Origin: Salisapilia sapeloensis CBS 127946
Lineage: Eukaryota > Protista > Oomycota
DNA: 64,000 nucleotides
Assembly: GCA_023334545.1 (NCBI GenBank)
Contig: JAADVB010000038.1
Coordinates: 38,952-102,951 of the forward strand
Reading direction: 5' to 3'
Shown: piece after piece, positions 32,720 through 43,800 of the stretch
Numbering within the stretch: the first letter of the stretch is position 1
Layout of the letters: each line of letters starts with the position of its first letter
Notes under the pieces: model-generated
The model's input: the letters and a program-made list of their open reading frames with translations, nothing else
The model's database searches: none
Told to the model about the DNA's origin: nothing
Program-made: the position numbers and the translations under genes

Positions 32720-33964
32720 ATGCTAGCTCGACGAGTGCTGTCGCGGCGAGCGGCACGGACGTTTGCACCGGTGAGTCAACTGGCATCCTTACGTAGTATC
32801 CACACCTCTCGTCCTGCCTTGGCTCCGAACTATGACTCTGGTCCCACACGTATGCTCGAGACGCCAACCAATATGGTACGTCTACGATCCACCCGATAGC
32901 TCGTTGGTCGAATCTAGGCTAACTAGCACGTTTGATCGAATCTAGGGCGTTGTCATTGTCCCGCAGCAACGTGCTTGGGTCGTGGAACGTTTCGGGAAGT
33001 TTGAAAAAGTGCTCTCCCCTGGTCTGCACTTCCTCATCCCCGTAGTCGATCGTATCGCCTACGTGCATTCGCTCAAGGAAGAAGCGATTAAGATCCCAGG
33101 GCAGTCTGCTATCACGAAAGACAATGTTACGATCCATATCGATGGTGTACTCTACGTCAAGATCATTAATCCGTATCATGCTAGTTACGGCGTACGTGCA
33201 TTTCTACTTGTAGATCGTTAATCTTCGCTTCTAACGCGTTCAAATAGGTCGAAGATCCGTTGTATGCCGTGACGCAATTAGCGCAGACGACGATGCGGTC
33301 GGAACTAGGTAAAATCACGCTCGATAAGACGTTCGAAGAGCGTGAGTCGCTCAACCAGAGCATCGTCCATTCGATCAACCAGGCGTCGGAGAACTGGGGT
33401 ATCTCTTGTCTTCGATACGAAATCCGTGACATCTCGCCTCCGTCCAGTGTGCGTGCTTCCATGGACATGCAGGCAGAAGCTGAGCGGAAGAAGCGTGCGG
33501 AGATCCTGGACTCGGAAGGAGAGCGACAGGCGTATATCAATGTCGCGGAAGGTAAGAAGCGTGCAGCAGTGTTGGAAGCGGAGGGTAATGCTGCTGCAAT
33601 TGTGGCTCGATCCGATGCGTCTGCTGAGGCCATTCGTCGACTGTCCAAGGCGATCCAGTCGCATGGCGGCAGCGACGCCGTGGCACTGCAGGTCGCGGAG
33701 AAGTATGTAGATGCGTTCGGGAACATCGCCAAGGAAGGTACGACGGTGTTGCTTCCGTCTCAAGTGAACGATCCGTCTAGTATGGTTGCGTCTGCTTTGT
33801 CTATCTTCAAGTCGATTCAGAACAAGGAAGGGAACAAGGTGGTGAACCCTGTGGATGATTTTGACTTGAGTCCGGATGATACGCCAAAGGAGTCTGAGTA
33901 TGACTTTGACACGAGTGCCTATCCATCGCCTGGTAGCACGAGTCCGGAGAAACAAGGACAGTAG
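32720..33964 (+). CDS. STOML2: Stomatin-like protein 2 (SPFH/band 7), mitochondrial
   Basis: Mitochondrial presequence [15 protein letters not shown]. Introns 32876-32945 and 33192-33247. [65 protein letters not shown]. Confidence 0.93.
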
Positions 33965-34084
33965 AGTCGAAGAACGAGTCTAAAGGAAAGAAAAACACTT
34001 TTGCCTCCCATCTAGCTATAAATGTTGATCTCTTGTTCCGTTCGACACGTCGATGGAATTTATTTTGTAGAAGATCTTTTGACG

Positions 34085-36503
34085 ATGCTCGTGCGACTCG
34101 TTCTATACTTCGTTAGCGTTGCTGTCGTGCATGCCAAGCAGGACACGTATGCTGTTCACACTGGCATCCAAGGCTTGTCGGCGTGTAAGGGAGAGGAGTG
34201 TCTTCGCTACGCGTTGCATCATTATGATGTCGGGGAAGTACCAGAAGCCATGGAGTACGCGTGGGCTGCGATCGATGGTCGGAATGAGACACAGGCATTG
34301 CAGGCGATGCATATCCTCGCACTGTTCTACTATGATGGCGGTGAGTATCTAAAGGCGGAGGCTTTGTATGAGGACATCCTCGAGCGGAAAGAGTCCGCCA
34401 AGCTGCGATACGACTACGGTACGACACTCCAGCAGCTTGGCAAGGTATTAGATAAGCGTTCGGGAACTTTTTAGAGCGTCTGGTAATCTAGATGTAGATC
34501 GAGCAAGCGGCGAAGGCGTATTACCAAGCGATCGAATTGGATCCGATGTATGCGAATGCCATCTTAAACCTCGCAGCGATGCATCAGATGCATGGAAATA
34601 CGGAAGAATCGATTCCTCTCTATCAGGTATCATGTCGTATGAATGATGTAGCGGAGCTTTTGTTAATGCGTACTTGGTAGCACGTCTTGGCGTTGGACGG
34701 TGTGAAACAAACCACTAGATTGAAAGCGATGATGAATCTCGGTGCTGCATTTGAGTTTGTTGGAGACGTCGATAGCTCCTTGAACTGGTTTCATCGAGCG
34801 CTTGAGCTGTCTGATCCCGTTTTCGATGACTTTAACCAAGCGACGGTACAAGTGCATATCGCTCGCGTTAAACGTGGCGCGTGTATATGGCAGGGCGTGG
34901 AAGACGATACAAAGACGCTATGGGATCAGGTCAACTCTCGATTTCTGCAGTATAACCGCTCGAGTCCATTGCAGCCCTTTGATACTTTGTTGATGCCACT
35001 AACGCCAGAGCAACGAAAACTCGTTGCTACTCTCCATTCGACTACCTATCCTTCTGCTAGTCAGCGTCAACAGCAGCTGGACAGGGTGGAATACTCGGAT
35101 GATAAGCTCCATGTTGGTTATCTCTCGTATGATTTTGCTGATCATCCGACTGCGCATCTCTTACAAGGTGTCTTTAGCTTGACAAATCGAGACAATATGC
35201 ACGTCGTTGCGCTTAGCTATGGTCGAGATGATAGCAGTATGCATCGACAGCGAGTTAAAGACACCTGTGATGAGTTTGTTGATCTCGCGGCGCTTTCCAC
35301 TGCAGATGCACTGGAAGCGATCACAGGAAGAAAACTGGACATTATCATGGATGCTCAAGTTCATACACTTCGAAGCAGACTACAGCTAGTAGCTGCAAGA
35401 CCTGCGCCGATTATTGTAAACTACCTTGCTTACCCCGGAACCTCCGGCGCGAGTTTCTATGACTACATCATAGTCGATCGCTTTGTAGCGAAAGTGGAAC
35501 AGGCTACGCAGGAGTTTAGTGAAAACTTGGTTCTACTACCGCATTGCTACCAAGTCAACCACTATGAATCGCACGAGGTGTCGAGGGATCAATTGTGGTC
35601 AGCACCACATCAGCGGAAGGAAGACGGTGGTGTTGTCTTCGTTAACTTTAACAAGATAGATAAGCTAGAACCGGTGGTCTTCCACTTATGGATGCGAATT
35701 CTTGAAAGAGTACCTGGAAGCTCCTTGTTACTGCTGGATCCCGTTCATCGTGATAGTGAACCGACCAGGACGAGTCTGGCGATCAAAGAAAATCTTTCTC
35801 GTGAGGCTGTAGCAGCAGGCGTTGCTCCGGATCGAATACGATTTGAGCCAAGGTATTTTGTATATTCCATGTGTCGATTCCAAAGGCTGACGGGCTAACA
35901 TGAGCTAGACTTGACAAGGAAGATCACTTGAATCGGCATAAGGTGGGAGACGTATTCCTCGACACGCTCATCGTAAGTTATGCTTTCCAAAGACGAAAAC
36001 GGAGAAGCTGACATGGTACTGGGTGGAGTAGTACGGAGCGCACTCGACTGCCACCGATGCGCTGTATGCAGGTCTCCCTGTGATTACAATGGCTGGAAAC
36101 GCGTTCGCTAGGTAGCGCACTTATTCACATGATATGATCAAAATTCATCAAGAAGACTAAATGCATGCAGTCGAGTCGGAGTGTCGTTGCTCTCCAATCT
36201 CAACGTTCCAGAGCTCATCGCATATAGTCTGGAGGACTATGAAAACCTTGCAGGTAATATATTATCTAAGTAGTCGTGTTTCTATCCGTGCTAACATCCT
36301 GTACGCTTTTTGTAGTCGAACTTGCCATGAACAAAGCTGCACTGGATCGAGTTACCAACAAAGTACGTAAAGATGACAAGAAAGCTCCTCTCTTTCGAAC
36401 TGCGCAGCACACGATGATGTTAGAAGAGAGCCAAAGACTCATGTTCGATCTCTCGATCCTGTCAAGCGAGCCGATGCATCTCGTCGTTCGACCTGGATCA
36501 TAA
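34085..36503 (+). CDS. TPR + glycosyltransferase family 41 (OGT/SEC-like) protein with an N-terminal hydrophobic signal
   Basis: Multi-exon gene. TPRs, e.g. YYQAIELDPMYANAILNLA. GT41 motifs: LQPFDTLLMP, LHVGYLSYDFADHPTAHL, NYLAYPGTSGA.FYDYIIVD, FNKIDK, DVFLDTLIYGAHSTATDALYAGLPVIT, FASRVGVSLL. N-terminus MLVRLVLYFVSVAVVHA-K. Confidence 0.85.
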
Positions 36504-36585
36504 AATAGAATCAGATGAAGCTTACAAACCGAGTAGACTATTTTTATACGTGAAACTCGATGCATTTATATGCCATCAATTCGCG

Positions 36586-37812
36586 ATGACACTTGAGCTC
36601 GACATCCTTCGAAAGATTGTGGAGCGTGAAGGATGTCTTGAAGCTTTGAATTTGGCCATGGAAAGTAAAGGTCGTAAGATGGCAGTTTCCATATCAGTCC
36701 TCCGGACACTAGTTAGACAATTACGAGTTGCCAGCGTCGAAGTTGTTGAGATGATTGTGTCTTGGCGAAGTAATACCGACAGAACTGAATTTCGATGGCG
36801 AAATCGGAACTATCTGCTTAAAATGGTCACCGATCTTGATGTCCTAGCAGGGAACAATAAAGCACAACAAGTATTTCCTAAAATACGCTTGAAGCATAAT
36901 CCATTCCTTGTGGAGCTCCATTTGGATCATCAGAATCTTCGCTTACCAAATGCAAAAGCTGCCAGAGGTCTGCAGGGTGACTTCGGGATCATTGACACGG
37001 AACGTGTGTTGGAAGCATCCAGAGCACTTGTGGAAGAGTTGGAACGTACATTAAACGTCAAGATTAATAAGAGGCGACAAGAGCTCGCATCTAAAATCCA
37101 AGATGATGAAAGAGAGGAAATGCTCTCATCCGAAGATAGCGTAAAGAAGCTTGCGAATGGCATTGACCGAAATTACAAGAATGAAGTATTGCCAACATCA
37201 GAGCATGGTGCTACAACACTCCGGCACGATATCGCCGAGGTCCATCACAAATTATCAGTTACCAAGTCCCCAGAGAAACAACGTGAACTGGAGAAGAGGC
37301 TAGGAGGATTGAATAATAAACTAAGGTTTCGAAAAGGCATGGTGTATCAAAGGAGGAACGAGGTAAAGCAGAAGCAAGCGGCATATCGGCAGGTGAATAC
37401 TGCATCGCGAATCTGTTTTCACCATGAAGACGTGGTACAACCAGAGGATGATTCAGAATTGGAAGAAATACTTAAGGAAGCTGACCTGGAGCGCGAGCGT
37501 ATCGTTCTTCAATGGGAGCAGGGTAACGCATCTTTAGCACAAGGGCGTTTTTCCTCGCTTATTCAAAGAGAAAGCAAAGAAAGCAGCACGTCTCTTGTGA
37601 AACAGCCAGCTTTGACGTCGCTCACTGCATCTGAAGTAAAAGAATATATTGATGGACTTGGTTTGAGCAGAAACCTAGGCAAATTATTCCAGACACAAGG
37701 TATCGACGGTAAGCTGTTAGCGCAGGCGAATGACCAAGACCTAGTTGAACTAGGTATCTCTATTCGTCTGCACCGAGTTCGGATCATGGATGCAATCAAG
37801 AATGCAAGATAA
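36586..37812 (+). CDS. Coiled-coil protein with a C-terminal SAM domain
   Basis: C-terminal LTASEVKEYIDGLGL...FQTQGIDGKLLAQANDQDLVELGISIRLHRVRIMDAI is a SAM domain. The N-terminal block EMIVSWR...FRWRNRNYLLKM.TDLD looks conserved but I cannot name it. Confidence 0.7.
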   Translation: MTLELDILRKIVEREGCLEALNLAMESKGRKMAVSISVLRTLVRQLRVASVEVVEMIVSWRSNTDRTEFRWRNRNYLLKMVTDLDVLAGNNKAQQVFPKIRLKHNPFLVELHLDHQNLRLPNAKAARGLQGDFGIIDTERVLEASRALVEELERTLNVKINKRRQELASKIQDDEREEMLSSEDSVKKLANGIDRNYKNEVLPTSEHGATTLRHDIAEVHHKLSVTKSPEKQRELEKRLGGLNNKLRFRKGMVYQRRNEVKQKQAAYRQVNTASRICFHHEDVVQPEDDSELEEILKEADLERERIVLQWEQGNASLAQGRFSSLIQRESKESSTSLVKQPALTSLTASEVKEYIDGLGLSRNLGKLFQTQGIDGKLLAQANDQDLVELGISIRLHRVRIMDAIKNAR

Positions 37813-37839
37813 AGTCCTAGTCTATTTGTTTCGTTCAGT

Positions 37840-40800
37840 CTACTCTGCACCGGGTCGAGGCATCTTCTTCGGCTTCGTCACGGCAGATGCAGATCCCTTC
37901 ATGAGTGCAAACTTGCGCTTTTTCAGTTGCTTCGACCGGCGTTTCTGGTCATTCTTCTGCATCTTTCGTCTTGCAGCAGCCTCTGGGTCGTTCACAAGCT
38001 CACGCTTTCGCTTGTCACGACGCTGAGCACGGAAGAGCGCCAAGCGTTTTTGCACAAACGTGTACGAATCCGCAAACGCTTCAGCGCCTACCTTTCGTTC
38101 CAGATGCTCCATCACTTCCTGCGCGAACGATGCGACGCTATTTTCGCTTTCCTCCTCCTCTTTCTGTTGCGCAACTCGATACAACGGATTGAGCAGTTGC
38201 ATCATGTACAACTTGGCGAAGTCCACATCCTGTTGCTGAATAAGTGCAGCAAAGAGTTTGAAGATCGTCCGCTGGGCTATCGGTGAATCGTGTCGAGCAA
38301 TGAACGAGAGTCGAGTTAGCACCCAACCAAGTGGCGTCTTCGCACTCTCCTTCGCTGCAGATTGCTCCTTCTTCGAGCGTTCTTGGATTGCCTTGCTATC
38401 CTCATCGTCGCCCAATTCACCTTCATCCGACTCCTCTCCAGCTATTTCTTCATCTGTGACGTTCTGAGGGATCGACGGGAAGGATGTGAGTGCAGAGCAG
38501 GTAAACAAGATGATCGACAGCGTTTCATTCGCTGCATCCTCCGATACTCCTGGTTTCGAAAGCAGCTTGCACATTGTACTTGCGATTTTAAAGAGTGTTC
38601 CAGGTGTCTTTAAGAAAGCATCACTCTTCACCTCCTTCGGAAGCTTACTATCCTCGTTCACTCGGAGCGTATCGGACGACCGACGGTGAAGATAGACGTT
38701 GATCAACTTTAGCGCCATCGTACGAACATTGCTATGCGGGTATCGCGTCAATGGGAAAAAGACGTTTTCCCACACAAACTTTGCGTTGTTCGCCATCCAT
38801 GTCTCGGTCATCCGAACGAGCTTCTCTTCGCAGGTCAGCAAGCAAGTGAGTAGGTGGGATGCGACCTGCCATTGCACTTGCGCAGCGTCTTGAGCTTTCT
38901 GTGCCTCCTTGATATTAGTGGCGAGCACTTGCTGGATGGTATCTAGTATCGTCGTTGCATTCCGATCCATCACATCCGGTCGTGCCTTGACAAAGATCTG
39001 CGTCACTTGAGCTGCAGCCATGAGTAGCTGCGGGTCCGACGCACCAGACTTCCACCATGTCATCACGAGTGACATGGATTCGTTCACTTGTTGCTTCCCG
39101 AGACGACGAAGCAGAGCTTCAATCACGTCGCCTGACAATTGTCGACACTCAGCAGACTCGTCGTTCGTAAGACGCAGAACGAGCGGCAGGAAGAAGAATT
39201 GTGCACGTTCATTCAGAATCTCTTCCGGGAATTTGTTTACGAGTGACACGAGTGCTTCGAGCACAGACTTGCGTCCAGTCTCGTACGTGTAATTGAGATT
39301 GTCCACAAGGAACTTGAGATGTTGCGTCAAACGCTTTGGACCGAGAGGATAGTCGAGCAAGAAGCTGACGTAGATAGCTCCACAGTTACTACGACCACTG
39401 AGTGTCTCACTACGCACGAGAAGCTCTCCGATACGCGTAATGACGTCGTACACTTCCGGAATAACAAGTCTTGATGCTACGACTGCACGCAGCATCGAGT
39501 ACGTTGCGTTCTGATGGTCACGCTGATCTAAGTCTGCACGTACAAAGCTGAGGAGGACTCGTAGCTGCGACTCTTTCAACGGATAATCCGGTCGTTGCTT
39601 CAAGATCTGCGTCAGTGTCTTGTAACAAGCCTGTACGACTTCATTTCTCGTTGCAGCACCGGACTTTTGCAGCATTTTGAACAAGTGATTCACGAGTGGT
39701 TGCATGGCAACGTTCATAGACGGGAGATCATTCCGAGGAACGAGCATCGTAAGACACTTGAGCGCCAATACGATCGTCCGGTTCGCTTTCGCTTCCTTCG
39801 TGCAGCGCATCAAGTACTGGACGAAAGGATCTGCGATCGACGGATCCAAGGTACCGACACGAAGCACCGAGTAGAACATGTAGATACCAAAGTGTAGTAA
39901 CTGATCGATATGTGCCGTCGAGTTCGCTGTCTGCTGCTGCTTCTGTCGTTCCGTCTCTCGATGGTTACCAGTCATTCGAGGCTGCAGCTCTACTTTCACT
40001 GCTGCCTTGGCGCTCACTGGTTTCGCAAGTTCCGCAGCAACGGCATCGCTCTTTTCATTCACAAGCCATGTGTTCGATAGTTTCTTACTCTTCTTCTCGT
40101 ACGCTTGCTTGTCCTTGTCACTTGCTGGAGAAATCGTTTCGAGACATTTCGATAGCATGTTGTGAACGTACAAGCAGATATACGTGCGTTCTGCACCAGC
40201 ATTCTTGGTAAGTCCAAGCGCAACGTGCTTGAGTGACTCTTGCAGCACTTCAATCGACTTTGCGTTTTCATTCTCTTTGAACTTTTCCACTAATGCAGCG
40301 ATGATTTCATGGATTGAAGGGTTTGGAAGGAACGTGATGCTTCGAGCAAGGAGTTCAAGAGAGTCGTATCCTTGTGTTCCCTTCGCTTCCTTCATCTTCG
40401 ACTTGGGCGCGATGGAACCGTCTTGGTTCTCGACGATATTGCGGAAAAGCTCTTCGACGATGATGGGCATGATGCTCGAGATGCATGGGTCGAGTGGAGA
40501 CGCAAACTCCTTCGTGTCCTTGGTGCTTGCGTCTTCCAGTAAGCTCGGCGGTTTCTTTGTGTCCACGATACCGACGACTTTATCTAATATCGAGTGGAGG
40601 GTAAAGGCGAGGACGTGAACCATGTAGCCGTCTCTCAGCGTACTCCGGAGTTCTTCTACTACAGGGTACAAGTACCTCGGCCCGAGCTCCACGACGATCT
40701 TAACAAGTGTCGATCGAGCAGACACTCGCACTGCTTCCTCCTTGCTCTTGAGCAGACGCACGACGTTCATGAGTAGCTTTGGGAACTCTGCGTAGAACGT

Positions 40801-43800
40801 CTCGGCACGTAATCGACGTAGGATCTTGACGACAGCAAGACCGATTGGCGTTCGAACGACTGTCGTCTTATTGCTACCTTCATGTTCATCTCGGAGTGCT
40901 CCTTTGGAAGCTTTCGATTTGCCCTTGGAGTCAATAGCCTTGAACAAATAGTTCTGGAGGAGAGGAAGGACTTGTGTTTCCATGCTGTCCTGGATCTTCG
41001 AGTTCTCTACCGTAATGTCTGTCGACGTCTCGGTGCTCCATCCTTCCGCCGTACCTGGTGTCGGGAAGTGGAAGTGGTCTACGACCGAGCAGACGGCATC
41101 GATGATCGTCGCCTCGTTCTCCCCATGTCCATCGATCCACTTTAGAAGACGACGGAGCAAGGAAAGATAGGAAGACCAAGTCATGAGTCCCGCTGCGCTT
41201 CCGACGCATGCAGCAGCTTCATTACGAATGGCTTCCTGTCCCTTGGACTGTTCTTCAAATACAAAGTGAAGCACGAGCGGGATGACGATCGAGTTTAGTG
41301 TCGAGTTGGAGAAGACTTCATGCGTACTAGTTTCCTTCTCTTCCTCCTCCTTCACTTCCTTTGCCATCTCTTCCATCAGTGCAGACAGACGCTGGATCGC
41401 TCGACGTCGACGGTGTGCTTGGATGTGCACGACGTTCGCAAAGAAGTCTGTGTCCAAGTCGTGTTTCGTCCGCAGGCGTTTAAGGTCTCCTGGGACGGAC
41501 GGTAAGTTGTGGAGTGCTTCTCGATCAGCGATCTCTCCTAGCAACGAGACGAAGCCACGTCGTACTTGCTCCACACGTGACTTTAGACTAATACGCACAG
41601 CAGGCATAACTACTGACTCCAGGACGGAGAGCAGAGGAGACTTTGTATCCTTCGCACTAGCTGCCGAAGCGGCTAGATCTAAGAACGCTGTCACGCCAAA
41701 GAGCGCAGCGCTGCGTACAGCGAACTCGTTATCATGCATGAGCTGAAGGTACTGACTCAAGACTGGCGCAAGGAGTGTCGCGTCGTCGCGGAAAGCAACG
41801 AACTTGGCCTCGTTCGTGTGCTGCAAAGCGTCCATGCGTCGTTCAATGTCCACCTCCTCTAGTCTCGCAGTATCGTACGCGTTGAGCGACTGGAGGAAGT
41901 CTGCGACGGGTGCAAGTTCAGGCATGGACGGATGCTGACTGATGGAGACAAAGACATTCACCACTTTCTCTCGTGCGAATCGCTCGTCAATACAATTCGG
42001 TCCTGGTGCAAGCAGCTTGGAAAGTGCAAATAAGTGCTTGCGAGGGTCATCTACAAGTGGCACGAGTCGCGTCAAGACATCTAGAATATCTTGCTTTTCC
42101 TGTGGAGATGAATGGTGATTGCGCAAGAGAAACGGCAGTAAGAGTTGGAAGAGATCCTTAGCGGCACGACGAGAGTTCGAGTCGGGAGATGCCGTCAAGT
42201 GCTCCGATAGTCGACACAAGACTGAGAGTTCTCGTTTAGACGAACCGGATGAATGCTCTTTTTCATGACGTGCAGTCTTGGACTCGAATCGCGTGACAAA
42301 GTGTTGGAGCACACAAGGAATTTGTGGTACCATTTGCTTCTCACTTGCCTCACTATGTTCGTCCTGGTCCAATAGAGCATTGATAAAGATCACTACTTTC
42401 TCTAAAACGGCAGGACGAATGCCACGAGAGATCGTTCCTTCGGAAGTCGTTGTCGAAAGACCTGCTGACAGACATGCTAGTACGCTTTCAACCATGTCAG
42501 ATGATAGCACATGGTGCACGTCGTTGCTACTTGCGATCGCAACAAGCACATCCATTAAAGAGGATGCTTTCTCGGCACCAATGACAGCGTTCGGGAGTTG
42601 TAGGATCGACTCCTTTGAAATGCTTACGAGCATCTGTGCTTGTGGTGTCAATGGCGCGAGTGCGTCATAGACTTCAAAGACCTCTCGCAGACGACGATAC
42701 GTCAGCATTCGCGTCTGGCGCTTCATTGCAGCCGTGTAGTTACTCGACGTTTCTTCCTGATCTTTGTCATTGTCTATTTCCATGTCCACGTCCTCTTCTT
42801 CCGTACGATACTCCTTGTTGTGCTGAAGGATAGACAACAGCAAGTTTGTGATCGCCGGTACGAACGGTGACAGCTTACCCTTTAGTTGATTAACAACGTC
42901 TTCTAGTAGATTGAGGAAACCTAGGATGCGAGACGACTGCACGTTCTCCACAGAGACGAGAGTAGCATCACATCCGTCTGGAGCACGCAACGACTCCTCT
43001 TCAAGGTCAAACGGACGAGCAAGCAGAGCGACGAATCCTTCCAACTCGCTCGGGTCTAACGAAGCGAGGTACGCCATGATGGTAGCACGACGTGCTGGGA
43101 CAGTGTCTCCCGTCTTTCTACCTTTCTTCGAGACACATTTCGAGTACAGCAGTCGCAGCATGACCGGCAAGAGTGTACTTCGGTGTTCGTTCTGGACAAC
43201 CCCAGCGTCGGCTCGAACGTCAAACGTCGTGAGCTCCTCCCGGAATGTCTTCAAGCTCGCGAGACGCATCAAGTTCTCCTTGTATAACGTCAGGTGCTTG
43301 TTATTGAACGTCATGAGGCATTGGAGTGCTAGTTGAGAGATCGCTTCATCGGATTTCAAGAGCAGATCGAAGAAGATCGAGTGTAGCAGCGTCTGTGCAT
43401 ACGCTCCTTTCATGTTCTTGAAGGCTGCAAAGACCTTGAGTTGATCGATGAACTTACTCCGAACGGTCTTAGTGCTAAGTGCCGTCTCGGACACTTGTTG
43501 TTCATGCCATGTCTGATCTGCTGATGCAACGTGCTGCACTGCATCATGTAGTTGCTGGAGCATCGTATCCGAAAGCTCGTCCTTGTAGATGTACGCATAC
43601 TGCTTGCTTAGGAAGACAAAGAAGAGTGGGACGATGAACTTGGTCTTGGACTCGACGAGATCGACTACCTTTAAAAGTCCCTTCCACAGGAGCGAATGGT
43701 GTGTGATGTGGTCCGTCACTTCACTCGCTTTCACCTCTCGTTTCTCCAGTCTCGAAGCTTCGTTATACTGCGTTGTGATCTGCGTTTCGACCTCTTTATC

